Assembly (NCBI GenBank): GCA_044347345.1
Contig: JBIKUX010000010.1
Location: 27,032 to 91,031 of the forward strand
DNA length: 64,000 nucleotides
Source of the DNA: Bdellovibrionota bacterium
GTDB taxonomy: Bacteria; Bdellovibrionota_C; UBA2361; JBIKUX01
Reading direction: 5' to 3'
The translations under genes were made by a program, and so were the position numbers. Positions 49,490 to 60,016 of this stretch are shown piece after piece; position 1 is the stretch's first letter, and every line of letters starts with the position of its first letter. The notes under the pieces are model-generated. The model did no database searches. It was not told the DNA's origin and worked only from the letters and a program-made list of their open reading frames with translations.

Positions 49490-51598
49490 TTACAAGGGTG
49501 ATTGTTTTGTTGAGTCAAGAGAACGGCGAATAGCAAGCGCTAGTTCATTAAAAGTAAAGGGTTTTGATAAGATAAGAAACTCTTCACAAGCTTCAGTTGT
49601 TTCAGTTTTTGTGCTTTTCTGGACTATTGATGCTCGATTGCACTGAAACTTTTGATGTTTTAGTTTGAATGTACTTGTTGAAGACTTTGAACCTGTTTGT
49701 AATTCCTCATAATTACCTGAACTGAGAATAAATGGCACTTGAGGAGATATTTTTCTGAACCAACCAAACAGCTCAATTCCAGACATATCAGGCATTGAAA
49801 AATCGGAAAAAACAAGGCTAATTTCCTCGTGAAGTTGCTCAAATATGGTTAGACCGTTAGTCGCATCGGCAGCACAATGAACTCGGTAGCCAAGAGTTTG
49901 GAGCATCTTAACGAGAGCTTCCCGTACAATGGCCTCGTCTTCAATTACTAAAATAGTTTCACTTCCACCCAAAAAATCTTGATTATTTACCTTTCCTACT
50001 TCTCTGATTAACTGGCTATCTGACTGGTTTTGTTGAGAAGTGAAAAAAATTTTTGTAAGTTCGTCGCTGTAAGGAAACAATTCAGTATCTTTAATCTTTG
50101 GTAAATCTTTGAAACTCAGTTTCGGTAACAAGATTTTGATTATACATCCACCAGAATCAAACGGTTCCCTGATGTGACCTTTTATTTTAGATTCACAAAT
50201 TCTATTTTGCAAAGATGATGGTTTGTTGTATGCAGATATAGAACCGTTGTGTCGATTTATTATTCCTGAAACCATTGCAAGACCGAGCCCTGTACCTTGC
50301 CCATCTTTTTTTGTTGTAAAAAAGGGTTCAAACATTTGTCTCATTACATTGTCTTTTATACCAATGCCGGTGTCGCAAACCTCGAGAACTATATAGTGGT
50401 TTAATTCAATCACTTCAGTGGTTATCGCTACCTTAATCACATGTTTATCTGAATCTTCCCAAGCCATACGCTGAACAATAGCATCTCTGGCATTTAATAA
50501 GAGATTGATGATTACTTGATTTAGTTGACCCGAGTCACCTTCAATTAGAGATTGTTCAGGGGGTAAAAGATATGTGGTAATTGCTACTCTAGAATCAATT
50601 GAAGCTCGAACGATAGATATTGCCTCTTTTACAATATGAGTCAGCGATACGGGACGGAGAGCTAATGGTGACGGTCGACCGAGAGATAAAAGGCTGTGTA
50701 CAAGTTCACGAGCTCGAGAACACGCAACCTCAGCGTCTTGAAGCCGATCAGACACCAGAGATTGGTTGGATTCATTTTTGATAACTGCTAAATTACAATT
50801 TATTGCAGTAAGTAAATTATTGAAGTCGTGAGCTATCCCACTTGCCATCTGTCCTAAAAGTTCTACTTTTTGAGCCCGAAAAAGTTGTTCTTCTAATAAT
50901 CTTTTTTCAGCAGATTCTTGGATTGATTCCCCACTTGGAGTTAAGGTAACTAAACAATTCGCATTAAATGCCCTTTGAAGTGATTTTGAAAGGGTAGTTA
51001 CTCTAACAGTACCTTTAATTTTGGTGCTGCTATTTAAAACTGAGAATAGAACTTTTTGTTCTTTTTCAGAGTCCCTTTTTGAGAGTAATTTTTGGAGAGA
51101 AGAGGCGTAAGATGAGTGTTGTTCATCCGAATTATCAAGCACTGATAATATTTGGTGAATGTATAAATTAGATTTGTCTACTTTAGAAGCTTCTATTACG
51201 GTAGTTCCGGCGTGGTTAAAATGTGTAATTAACCCGTTTTCCTTGATGATAAAAGTTCCTTCCGAAAGGCCGTTGGCAAGCAGTAAGAAATCTCTAATTA
51301 TTTCGAAATATCGTCGCTTTTGAAGTTTCGTATATTTTTCTTTATTTTCTTGATTAAAATTTTTGATAGTAGCATTTGGTGTTAATTGGCTCGCTGGTGT
51401 ATCGCATTCCGACTTGTGGTCTGTAAGGGTACATTTTTTATGACCATGTTGAATGTGAGCGCTGTGGTCGTGATAACCTTGATCGGACTGTATAATATGA
51501 CAAAACGGGTATAAGCTTTTTTTGCTCACTATGCTGTAACTATGATGTATGAAGGCAATATGACTTTTTACCGCGGAAACAACTTTTTTTAAAAGCAA
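49490..51598 (-). CDS. Hybrid histidine kinase/response regulator (CckA-like architecture)
   Basis: GIAHDFNNLL, NLLLNARDA, DTGIG, FEPFFTTK, GTGLGL, receiver SDFSMP...SKPF; start uncertain. Confidence 0.93.
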   Translation of the reverse strand: MLLKKVVSAVKSHIAFIHHSYSIVSKKSLYPFCHIIQSDQGYHDHSAHIQHGHKKCTLTDHKSECDTPASQLTPNATIKNFNQENKEKYTKLQKRRYFEIIRDFLLLANGLSEGTFIIKENGLITHFNHAGTTVIEASKVDKSNLYIHQILSVLDNSDEQHSSYASSLQKLLSKRDSEKEQKVLFSVLNSSTKIKGTVRVTTLSKSLQRAFNANCLVTLTPSGESIQESAEKRLLEEQLFRAQKVELLGQMASGIAHDFNNLLTAINCNLAVIKNESNQSLVSDRLQDAEVACSRARELVHSLLSLGRPSPLALRPVSLTHIVKEAISIVRASIDSRVAITTYLLPPEQSLIEGDSGQLNQVIINLLLNARDAIVQRMAWEDSDKHVIKVAITTEVIELNHYIVLEVCDTGIGIKDNVMRQMFEPFFTTKKDGQGTGLGLAMVSGIINRHNGSISAYNKPSSLQNRICESKIKGHIREPFDSGGCIIKILLPKLSFKDLPKIKDTELFPYSDELTKIFFTSQQNQSDSQLIREVGKVNNQDFLGGSETILVIEDEAIVREALVKMLQTLGYRVHCAADATNGLTIFEQLHEEISLVFSDFSMPDMSGIELFGWFRKISPQVPFILSSGNYEELQTGSKSSTSTFKLKHQKFQCNRASIVQKSTKTETTEACEEFLILSKPFTFNELALAIRRSLDSTKQSPL

Positions 51599-51795
51599 AT
51601 ATTGCTTTTTTTTATAAGACTATCCTCCGCACTTTTTAATTAGCAAATAATGACTCAGTTTCACAACCTAGCAAATTTCGCAAAACTAGGAACAAAAATA
51701 TTGTCTGTTTAATAAGGTCTATTTTGTACGGTGCTTTAAACGGTACCATAGAAATATACCTCAAAGGTTTGATGATTGAGAAGCGGTAAATCTTC

Positions 51796-52392
51796 ATGGT
51801 AATGATACACACAAAATTTTTAAATTTTGTATTTAAATCCCTGAAAAACCGAACTTGGAGTGTTAATCGGTCTCAGGAACTTCCGACAAAGTTAAACTTT
51901 GATAAAATTGGGGGAGCTGTTTCAGATCAAACTAAGGCGTGGGTATATTTTTTATTTTATCAGGTATGCGTTCAAGATGGTATATTAAGAGATGAGGAGG
52001 TGAAGGAGTGTAACAGACTTTACAGAGAGTGCTTTGGCGAAGACGTAACCAACATAAAATCTGACAGATTTATCACAGGTAACCCAATCATTACAGATAC
52101 CTCAAAGATTACAGGCAATGCCGCTGGGCTCCCGAGTCCCTCTGACATAATTAATGACTTAATAATTCCAAAAGTAGGTCAGTTTCGGATTGAAGTTATG
52201 GCTAAGGCTTTTAACGAAGTTTACAGTTCCTATCAACGAAAAGCTCTCATTGGTTTATGTTTTCGTCTTGTAATGGTTGACGGCCAAGGAGACAAACAAG
52301 AATATCGTTTCATTAAACAGGTCGGATATAGATTCCTTCTCACTCCGGAGGAATTCAGCTACGCATTCGACAGCGCGTTAAGGACTAGGTAG
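51796..52392 (+). CDS. TerB-like protein
   Basis: Paired DG....EE and DG..D..E motifs in a helical protein. Confidence 0.6.
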   Translation: MVMIHTKFLNFVFKSLKNRTWSVNRSQELPTKLNFDKIGGAVSDQTKAWVYFLFYQVCVQDGILRDEEVKECNRLYRECFGEDVTNIKSDRFITGNPIITDTSKITGNAAGLPSPSDIINDLIIPKVGQFRIEVMAKAFNEVYSSYQRKALIGLCFRLVMVDGQGDKQEYRFIKQVGYRFLLTPEEFSYAFDSALRTR

Positions 52393-52439
52393 CATAATGA
52401 TATCATTTTTTGGATAAAAAGATTTAAGGAGAACACTTA

Positions 52440-52955
52440 ATGCCAGATAATGAAAATTCGCTTGATGAAGCTTTTTCGTTACTTTTCGAGCAGAGTAGGG
52501 AATCTGATCGTATGGGAGAAGTTAAGTCATCAACTCATGGTCGTGTTAATCTTGTTTCTGGGACCCCATGGGAGCCGCTTCGAGCTTTTAGTCGAGCTGT
52601 CAAAATTGGTGATATGTTATTTATTTCAGGTACAACTTCGCTAACTTCAACGGGGGAGGTTATTGGTCTAGGCAAGCCTTACGAGCAAACAAAATTTATT
52701 TTGGAGCGGATTCGGCGCATACTTCACCAATGTGGCATGTCCTTAGGGGAGGTTGTTCGTACTCGTTTATTTGTTTCACAAATGAATAGTTACGATGATT
52801 ATGCTCGTGCTCACCGAGAAGTATTTGATGAATTTCGTCCAGCATCAGCTATTTTACAGGTTAGTCGCTTGGTTGACCCAAGATTACTTGTGGAGATTGA
52901 AGCTGATGCGATTGCTGGCGCTTCACCTGTAGCATCAATTAAGCTAGCGGAGTGA
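52440..52955 (+). CDS. RidA/YjgF family protein
   Basis: SGTPWE, FSRAVK, SGTT, VVRTR.F, RPAS, VEIEADA. Confidence 0.92.
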   Translation: MPDNENSLDEAFSLLFEQSRESDRMGEVKSSTHGRVNLVSGTPWEPLRAFSRAVKIGDMLFISGTTSLTSTGEVIGLGKPYEQTKFILERIRRILHQCGMSLGEVVRTRLFVSQMNSYDDYARAHREVFDEFRPASAILQVSRLVDPRLLVEIEADAIAGASPVASIKLAE

Positions 52956-53069
52956 TTTAGTTGAGATAAATTAGGAGAGCTAGATAAAAAACTATTAATT
53001 TAGGCACAAACTGTTCGACTCGATCACTCTTTATTGTGGAATAAAAAAGTAATAAGCAAGGATTTTGTT

Positions 53070-54086
53070 ATGCCAGTTCCTTCTTCAAAACAATTTTTAG
53101 CGATGTTATCTTCGGCTAGTAGGGGATCTTATGCTTTCCCTGCCATCAATGTGTCAAGTTTGGAAACTGCTAATGCCGCTATGCAGGCCTTTGTTGATAA
53201 AAAGTCAGACGGTATTCTGCAGATATCGCTGGGAGCTGGAAAGTATGCTTCAGGTCCGGCTAATGATGATGTTATCGGTGCTGTTTCCATAGCAGAACAT
53301 GTTCATCGAGTAGCGGCAAAACTGCCAGTTTTTGTTGCCCTTCACACTGATCACTGTCAATTCGATCAAATCACTTTCATTGAGCGCCTGCTTGAATATT
53401 CCCGAGAATCAGTAAAATTGCGGGGTCAGCCATTGTTTAACGGACACATGTTCGATGGGTCGGCTCTTCCGTTAAAGAAAAATTTAGAGGTCGCGGTAGA
53501 TTTGTTGAGGAAGTGCAGTGAGATTGGAATTATTCCCGAATTTGAGGCAGGAGTAGTGGGGGGAGAAGAAGAGGGTGCAGCTGTAGCTGAATCACATCAC
53601 GAATTATATACTACGCCAGAAGATATGTTGGAGGTAGCAAGGGCGCTTTTTCCGCTAGATGCGCCCTTTCTTTTTGCTGCTACATTCGGCAATGTCCACG
53701 GTATTTACAAGCCAGGCAACGTTAAATTGCGACCGGAAATTCTTAAGGAAGGTCAGGAAGCAGTCATTAAAGAGTTTAGCGCTGATAAAAAGTTTTTCTT
53801 AGTTTTTCATGGCGGTAGTGGGACTCCAGTTGAGCAAATTCGGGAAACTCTCGGGTATGGAGTCGTGAAAATGAATGTTGATACTGCCGCACAATATGCT
53901 TTTACTAGGCCAATTGTGGATCATATGTTTACTAATTACAGTGGCGTATTAATGGTTGACGGTGAGATGGGAGAGAAAAAGCTCTATGATCCAAGAAGTT
54001 ATCTAAAAAAAGCTACTAAAAGTATGACTAATCGTGTTGCGCAAGCGGCTGATGAATTATGTAGTAGTGGCAAGACTTTATGTTAG
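53070..54086 (+). CDS. fbaA: Class II fructose-bisphosphate aldolase
   Basis: LHTDHC, MFDGS, GGEE, FGNVHG.YKPG, FHGGSG, KMNVDT, YDPR. Confidence 0.95.
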   Translation: MPVPSSKQFLAMLSSASRGSYAFPAINVSSLETANAAMQAFVDKKSDGILQISLGAGKYASGPANDDVIGAVSIAEHVHRVAAKLPVFVALHTDHCQFDQITFIERLLEYSRESVKLRGQPLFNGHMFDGSALPLKKNLEVAVDLLRKCSEIGIIPEFEAGVVGGEEEGAAVAESHHELYTTPEDMLEVARALFPLDAPFLFAATFGNVHGIYKPGNVKLRPEILKEGQEAVIKEFSADKKFFLVFHGGSGTPVEQIRETLGYGVVKMNVDTAAQYAFTRPIVDHMFTNYSGVLMVDGEMGEKKLYDPRSYLKKATKSMTNRVAQAADELCSSGKTLC

Positions 54087-54304
54087 TGTTGCTACATTTT
54101 GGGATAATTAATCCTTAATTGTATAACTTACAAACTAATTTTTTACAAAAACTTTTTAGAATATTGCGAAATTCTAGCAATGTTTTGTGCCACAAATTCT
54201 TAAGCACCACCTTGTGTTGTTCGACACTCCTTGGTGAGCCGAATGGCCGATAAATAATGGCTATCAGGCTTTGAGGAGTATTGTAAAGAAGTTGGGTACA
54301 AACA

Positions 54305-55744
54305 ATGGTAGCTGTGGAAGCTTCTAGCAAGCGTAGATTAGCACGAGCGTGCAAGCATGTAGGAGATTTATGGTTTCCGGCCAGTCCATCTCTTTTAAAA
54401 GAAATTAGACTTAAATTAAATCAAGGAGTTTATGACCATGATCCGATGGTGCTCTATAATGATGTGAGGAGCGATTTTTCCTTGTTTATGTATATGCTCC
54501 GAAAGCTTGCAAGTATGGTGCGCTATGAGGATGGTATAGAGCGGGTTGCAACTCCTCAAGAGTTATTTTCACGAGTTGGTCTAGTGCGCCTGAAAGAAGC
54601 ACTAGACCTTGATGATTCGGTGTTATCGAGACACTCTCTGGAACAGATTACTCGTGCACAGTCATGTCGTATTGAGGAAGCATTTGTAAGCGCTTCAGCT
54701 GTGGAATCTTTATCTGCTCCTTTAGGGTTTAATCCGGAGGGAGGTTTTGCCCTTGCTTTGTTTCGGCAGCTGGGGTTAACCCTGGTTGCATTTAATTATC
54801 CCTCTTTGTATGAGGAGGTTATTTCTTCTCTTGGCCCGAACGAGGATGTAGAAAGTAAACTTGCTAGTCATCTTGGATTTACTCCAAGTATTCTAGCTGT
54901 AACTTTATTTCGAGAGGTGGGTGTTGAGCCGCACTTTTTTGATGTAATGCCTGAAAGAATTTCATTAGATTTGGAAGAGGTAGAAGTTGGTCTTACGCTC
55001 AGTCGCTTGTGTGAAGTTGGTGAGGCATTAGCAAGAGCAAATAATCCGGAAAGATATCCTTCTGCTTCTAAAGATTGGAAGGAGGCTAAAAGCGTTATAG
55101 AAGGAACGTTAGGAAGTCAGGGTCTTACCATTATTCGTTCCATCTTAAAGAAAAATTTACTTAAATTTGCAAAGTCATCCCCTAATGTCTTTAAAACTGG
55201 AGTTTCCTTTAATCCTGAAGCTAAACTTTGGAAAATATGGGAGGAGCGTCATAAAGACGTGAATAATTTTCTCGATGGATGTAGTAAGGAGTTTCAACGC
55301 CCTCTTCATCAGTTTTATGACAGGATAATCGGCAAACAAGTCCCGCAGGATGCTATTGGTATCTTAATAAAGGAAGTTTTTCCGGTGGCAGGTTTCCAAG
55401 GAGGTTGCGTCTATACCGTCGACCCAGTCACTCGAATGTTTTATCCTCAACTTAGGATAAATCAAGTTGATCTGCGGATTCTTGAGCCTATTCCATTTGA
55501 TAACACCGGAGATCCGGTAGCTAGTGCTTTTTCTTCTGATTTACCGGTCGTAGGAGCAGATAGTAATGACAGTGGTACATTAGTAAATTACATGGCAGGA
55601 GTTCTCGGAGGTTCTCAGAAAATTGCAGTTCTTTACGTAGAAATGCTTCAGCGTGACTATATTGAAGATTCAGCTCGATACGTCGCTCATTTACAGGCTC
55701 TTTGCAAAGCTTTGAGCGATACTCTTCTAAGAACAACATTGTAA
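54305..55744 (+). CDS. HDOD-like domain signalling protein
   Basis: HDOD-like helical N-terminus (D.SL...LR, LFRQLG, LGFT) and GAF-like C-terminus. Confidence 0.6.
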   Translation: MVAVEASSKRRLARACKHVGDLWFPASPSLLKEIRLKLNQGVYDHDPMVLYNDVRSDFSLFMYMLRKLASMVRYEDGIERVATPQELFSRVGLVRLKEALDLDDSVLSRHSLEQITRAQSCRIEEAFVSASAVESLSAPLGFNPEGGFALALFRQLGLTLVAFNYPSLYEEVISSLGPNEDVESKLASHLGFTPSILAVTLFREVGVEPHFFDVMPERISLDLEEVEVGLTLSRLCEVGEALARANNPERYPSASKDWKEAKSVIEGTLGSQGLTIIRSILKKNLLKFAKSSPNVFKTGVSFNPEAKLWKIWEERHKDVNNFLDGCSKEFQRPLHQFYDRIIGKQVPQDAIGILIKEVFPVAGFQGGCVYTVDPVTRMFYPQLRINQVDLRILEPIPFDNTGDPVASAFSSDLPVVGADSNDSGTLVNYMAGVLGGSQKIAVLYVEMLQRDYIEDSARYVAHLQALCKALSDTLLRTTL

Positions 55745-56092
55745 TGTCGTGCGTTGCTTAAACTGTTTACTTGGCAGTTGTTCAGATATTTTCTACCGAA
55801 AGTGTTTACATTTTTTTTCTGATGTAAGCACAGCTTGATTTATTTTTCAAAAATTATTGAAAGATAAATCTTAGAAGGTCTGAATTTTTTTCATTACAGT
55901 TAAAGTCATCAGTTGACCATGCTTTGTTGGTGTGTTGATTTTATAGACTAATCTTGATTGTGTATGGCTTTAAAAGAATAGCTTAGTTTTTTGCTGTTGT
56001 GCATAAAGAACTATCGTTTATTCTCCATCTTTTTACGGAAGTCACGTAGGCGATTCAGGTAGGCGTCGCTCTATTACAAAAAAAAGGGGATT

Positions 56093-56797
56093 ATGATAAC
56101 AAGATGTGTGTTAAGAAGTTTATTTGTGGTCGGGCTGTCTCTGTCTGTCGTAAATTACGCTAAGGCAACTGATGATCCAGTTTCTGGGGCCCGGGCTTCA
56201 GCTAAAAAAGAGTTAGCGAGTGGGCAAATTAAAGCCACTTCTAATAAAGATGTAGACAAAGGAAAAGAAATGTCGAATACCCCTCTAAGTGTAGAGATCG
56301 AAACAAGTAAAGGAATTATCGAGATTAATCTGACACCCGATAAAACACCGCTAACAGTGGCTAATTTTGTTAATCTAGCTGAGCGAGGCTACTATAATGG
56401 GCTTATTTTTCATCGAGTAATACCGGCATTCATGATTCAGGGAGGAGATCCCACTGGTACGGGCACTGGAGGTCCTGGATATAAGTTTCAGGATGAAATA
56501 GTCTCCGCTCTTGTTCACGACCGACCTGGTATTTTATCTATGGCTAACGCTGGCCCAAATACTAACGGAAGTCAGTTTTTTATAACGCATGTACCTACTG
56601 ACTGGCTTGACGGTAAACATACAGTTTTTGGTTCTGTCGCTCGAGGCCAGAATGTTGTTGATGCAATAACTCAGGGTGATAAAATAAATAAAGTGATAGT
56701 TAAAGGAGATGTCGCTTTCTTATTCGAAAAGCCTGAAGTAGCTGAAAAGTTAAAGCAGTGGAATGCGATATTAGATCAAAAATTTCCGAGAAAGTAA
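56093..56797 (+). CDS. ppiA: Cyclophilin-type peptidyl-prolyl isomerase with signal peptide
   Basis: [43 protein letters not shown]. Confidence 0.95.
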   Translation: MITRCVLRSLFVVGLSLSVVNYAKATDDPVSGARASAKKELASGQIKATSNKDVDKGKEMSNTPLSVEIETSKGIIEINLTPDKTPLTVANFVNLAERGYYNGLIFHRVIPAFMIQGGDPTGTGTGGPGYKFQDEIVSALVHDRPGILSMANAGPNTNGSQFFITHVPTDWLDGKHTVFGSVARGQNVVDAITQGDKINKVIVKGDVAFLFEKPEVAEKLKQWNAILDQKFPRK

Positions 56798-56836
56798 GTT
56801 ATCAAATTAGTATCAAGACTGATATAAAGTGTTTTT

Positions 56837-57901
56837 ATGGAAGAAGTGAAAGTATCTGCTCTTTCAGAGCAAATAAGTTTATATCGGTCTGAACTTGATG
56901 CTTTATTTTCTAAAACTCTTTCCGAACGAGAGTTGAGGGATAACAGAATACGGTGGTTGGGTAACTCAGGTATTGTAAAGACGTTATTTCGGAGGATCCG
57001 TGAGGTTTCAGCAGAGGAGCGGCCTAAAGTAGCCGCTGGATTAAATAGTTTAAGAGATCATGCGGAATCTTTGTTTGGAGAGACTGAAGCTTTACTAGAT
57101 AAGGCAAAGTTAGAAAAGGAGTTGTCTAATCAGTTTTTTGATCTGACTCTTCCATCTAAGTCGATGGGAATTGGAGCTATACATCCAATAGCTAAGGTTG
57201 AAAGAACCATAGTGCGAATTTTACGGGAATGCGGATTCGCAATAGTTGAAGGTCCAGAAATAGAGACTGATTATTTTTGCTTTGATGCTTTAAATATTCC
57301 TCCTCATCATCCAGCAAGAGATTTACAAGATACTTTTTATACTGAAACCGGACATGTATTAAGAACGCACACTACTTCGGTGCAGGCGCGAGTTCTAAAG
57401 CAGGGAGGTCTTCCAGTTAAGGTAGCTTCTTTTGGTAAAGCTTATCGAAACGAATCGGAAGACGCGACTCACCAAGCTATGTTTCATCAGTTCGAACTTA
57501 TGTGGGTAGAAAAAGGCTTGGTACTATCTCATTTGGTTGGATTGATAGAGCATCTCATGCGCGAACTGTATGGACCGAAACGTAAGATAAAATTTGTTCC
57601 TAAATTTTATCCTTATACTGAGCCGAGTATTGGAGTTTTACTTAGTAATTCCAAAGCGCTAAGAAAAAGATTAGATGATTCACAGGAGAGTGACATTGGT
57701 GATGATGAATGGGCTACTGTCGCGGGAGCAGGGATGATACATGAAAATGTATTGCGTGAATTCGGTTATGACCCCAGCCAGGTGTCTGGATTAGCCTTCG
57801 GTCTTGGAACATCTAGGCTAGCAGCTCAACTCTATGGATTTTCTGATTTACGCTCATTATATGAAAACGATCTGCGTTTACTAACTGCGATTCAAGGATA
57901 G
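56837..57901 (+). CDS. pheS: Phenylalanyl-tRNA synthetase alpha subunit (divergent motifs)
   Basis: FDALNIP..HPAR..QDTFY, LRTHT, YRNE..DATH..MFHQ.E, TEPS, AFGLG..RL. Confidence 0.92.
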   Translation: MEEVKVSALSEQISLYRSELDALFSKTLSERELRDNRIRWLGNSGIVKTLFRRIREVSAEERPKVAAGLNSLRDHAESLFGETEALLDKAKLEKELSNQFFDLTLPSKSMGIGAIHPIAKVERTIVRILRECGFAIVEGPEIETDYFCFDALNIPPHHPARDLQDTFYTETGHVLRTHTTSVQARVLKQGGLPVKVASFGKAYRNESEDATHQAMFHQFELMWVEKGLVLSHLVGLIEHLMRELYGPKRKIKFVPKFYPYTEPSIGVLLSNSKALRKRLDDSQESDIGDDEWATVAGAGMIHENVLREFGYDPSQVSGLAFGLGTSRLAAQLYGFSDLRSLYENDLRLLTAIQG

Positions 57902-57906
57902 TTAAG

Positions 57907-59967
57907 ATGAAATTGCCAATAAAGCTTCTCGAAAGAGTGCTAGATTTGCCGGAAGAATACCGGTCTATTAAAGCTCTTCGAGCTCTTCTTGACGATCTGG
58001 GTCTTGAGGTTAAAGCAGTTGATACAAGGGATACGACTTCGCCTGTTTTTACCATTGAAACCTTAGCAAATAGAGGAGACCATCTTTCAGTTATCGGTAT
58101 TGCCAGAGAAATATCAGCCAGATTATTGCTGCCTTTAGCTGTGCCTCAGTTAGCAATAGAGCTTCCTGAGCGAGCGGCTTCGGTTGTAGTAAGAAATTTT
58201 ACTGAACTATGTCATCGTTACCTTCTTTTAGAACTTCAGCTTGGAGAATCTTTAGAGTGCTTGAGAGATATATTTACCGTTGTTGATGGTAATCCGGAAT
58301 TACCAGAGATTGTACAAGTCTTAAACTATGTCCAGTTAGAAATCGGACAACCGATGCATGCGTTTGATCGTGATAAGGTTGAAGGAGAGGTACAAGTAGC
58401 TACATTGGACTCTGATGAAATAATCGATGCTCTTGATGGTAACTCATACACGGTGCCGTCAGGTTCGATAGTTATTCGTGACCGTCGAAAGATTATTGCA
58501 GTTGCTGGAATCATAGGTTGTTCTAACTCTATGGTTGAGTCGTCTACTCGTCGTGTATTAATTGAATCGGCGAGCTTTGACCCAGTTTCGGTTCGCAAAT
58601 CATCGCGTAGGATGGGATTAGTAACTGAGGCGGTAAGATTATTTGAACGTGGCAGTGATATCGATGCCTGCGAAGTAGCTTTGCGCCGTACAATGTCTTT
58701 ATTAGCAACAAGTAGAGATACTCATGCTCTTGGCATTAGCCGAGTAACTGAGGCGTCGGTAAAAAAAAATGTTCAACCGATTTTATTATCAATTGAAAGT
58801 CTTCGGCAAAATTTTAATCTTTCTCGTTTATCAGAAGTGGAGGTTGCTTCCAGATTACGGTATTTAGGATTTGTAAATGAGAGTGTTGAGGGGAAAGGAA
58901 AGCATAAGTTTCTGAGTGCGTATGTGCCTTCTTGGAGAAGATGGGATGTAAAAACTGAGAGTGACTTAGTTGAAGAGGTTGCCCGAGCAATAGGATATAG
59001 CCGAATTAAAGGAGAGATGAAGCTTTCTCCTGTAGTTCATCCAAATATAAGTTTTATGGAGGCGTTTAGGCTGGCTGTCGAGCCAGTGTTGATAGGTAAC
59101 GGCTTTTCTGAGGTTGTTACCAAAGGATTTTATTCGGCGCGTACAATGGAGGTCATTAGTAATTTAGACCCTAAACGTGGCGAGGATCACCTCAGAATAA
59201 AAAATGCTATTGAACGAGCTCACGCTGCTATGAAAGTGTCTAATGCTCCTCACTTAGGTGAGGTGCTGGCTACTTATCTTCGTCGAGGTGGAGTAGGAGG
59301 TAAGATTTTTGAGATTAGTAGATATTTTCACAATTTGGAAAGAAAGGGTCGTTTTGCACATGAAGAGGTTATTCTATCTTTTGCTGCTTGTGGAAGGCTA
59401 GTTATTCCTCCTTGGGGTAAGGAAGAAAAACTCGATGAGAAGTTACGAATTTTTAAGGGAGTAGTGGAGGGAGTTGTAGCTAGTTGCGGTTGGCATATTG
59501 ACACTCGACCCGGCAATAATCCTCTTTTTCACCCGGGATTTTTTGCTGAATGTTGGGTAGCAAACGCTCTTGTTGGAAGTTTTGGAGTTGTTCATCCTGA
59601 GCTTGCTGCTTTAAGCGAGCTTAAAACACCGCTGTTGTTTGCTGAGTTATCTGTAGAGGCTCTACAAGCTGTGCGAAGAACTGTATCAGCGCCTACAATA
59701 AGCGATAAGCCTATTATGGAGCGAGATATAACTATTTGCTTAGAAGCTAAAGAGCCAAGTAGTAAGATAGTAAATACTGTTTATAGGTTGGCTATTCCTT
59801 TTTTGGTAAATGTTTCACCAATAGATGAATACATTAAACCTGATGAAACTATTCGTAGGGTGACTTTTAGATTACGATTTCAGGACAAAGATAGAACACT
59901 TAGCACAGCAGAAGTAGAGCAAGCCATGTCGTTAGTGACTAGCGCTTTAGGAGTGGAGTCGCTTTAG
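57907..59967 (+). CDS. pheT: Phenylalanyl-tRNA synthetase beta subunit lacking the B2 OB domain
   Basis: NRGD.LS..GIARE at about aa 56, GQPMHAFD, FERG, DLVEEVAR..GY, C-terminal RDI...DRTL. Confidence 0.92.
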   Translation: MKLPIKLLERVLDLPEEYRSIKALRALLDDLGLEVKAVDTRDTTSPVFTIETLANRGDHLSVIGIAREISARLLLPLAVPQLAIELPERAASVVVRNFTELCHRYLLLELQLGESLECLRDIFTVVDGNPELPEIVQVLNYVQLEIGQPMHAFDRDKVEGEVQVATLDSDEIIDALDGNSYTVPSGSIVIRDRRKIIAVAGIIGCSNSMVESSTRRVLIESASFDPVSVRKSSRRMGLVTEAVRLFERGSDIDACEVALRRTMSLLATSRDTHALGISRVTEASVKKNVQPILLSIESLRQNFNLSRLSEVEVASRLRYLGFVNESVEGKGKHKFLSAYVPSWRRWDVKTESDLVEEVARAIGYSRIKGEMKLSPVVHPNISFMEAFRLAVEPVLIGNGFSEVVTKGFYSARTMEVISNLDPKRGEDHLRIKNAIERAHAAMKVSNAPHLGEVLATYLRRGGVGGKIFEISRYFHNLERKGRFAHEEVILSFAACGRLVIPPWGKEEKLDEKLRIFKGVVEGVVASCGWHIDTRPGNNPLFHPGFFAECWVANALVGSFGVVHPELAALSELKTPLLFAELSVEALQAVRRTVSAPTISDKPIMERDITICLEAKEPSSKIVNTVYRLAIPFLVNVSPIDEYIKPDETIRRVTFRLRFQDKDRTLSTAEVEQAMSLVTSALGVESL

Positions 59968-59978
59968 GAGTGGAGTCG
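59943..59978 (+). repeat. 17-bp exact tandem duplication over the pheT stop
   Basis: CGCTTTAGGAGTGGAGT twice, then CG. Confidence 0.93.
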
Positions 59979-60016
59979 GATAGTGAGTTTCTGTGAGCCT
60001 TCGTCTTATAGTATAA

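Noticed and set aside
51796-52392. Tellurite-resistance or defence island
   Set aside because: A lone TerB-like gene with no other ter or defence genes nearby.
54177-54192. Minus-strand sigma54-like TGGCACAAAACATTGC
   Set aside because: GG-to-GC spacing is 11 rather than 10, and it faces no gene start.
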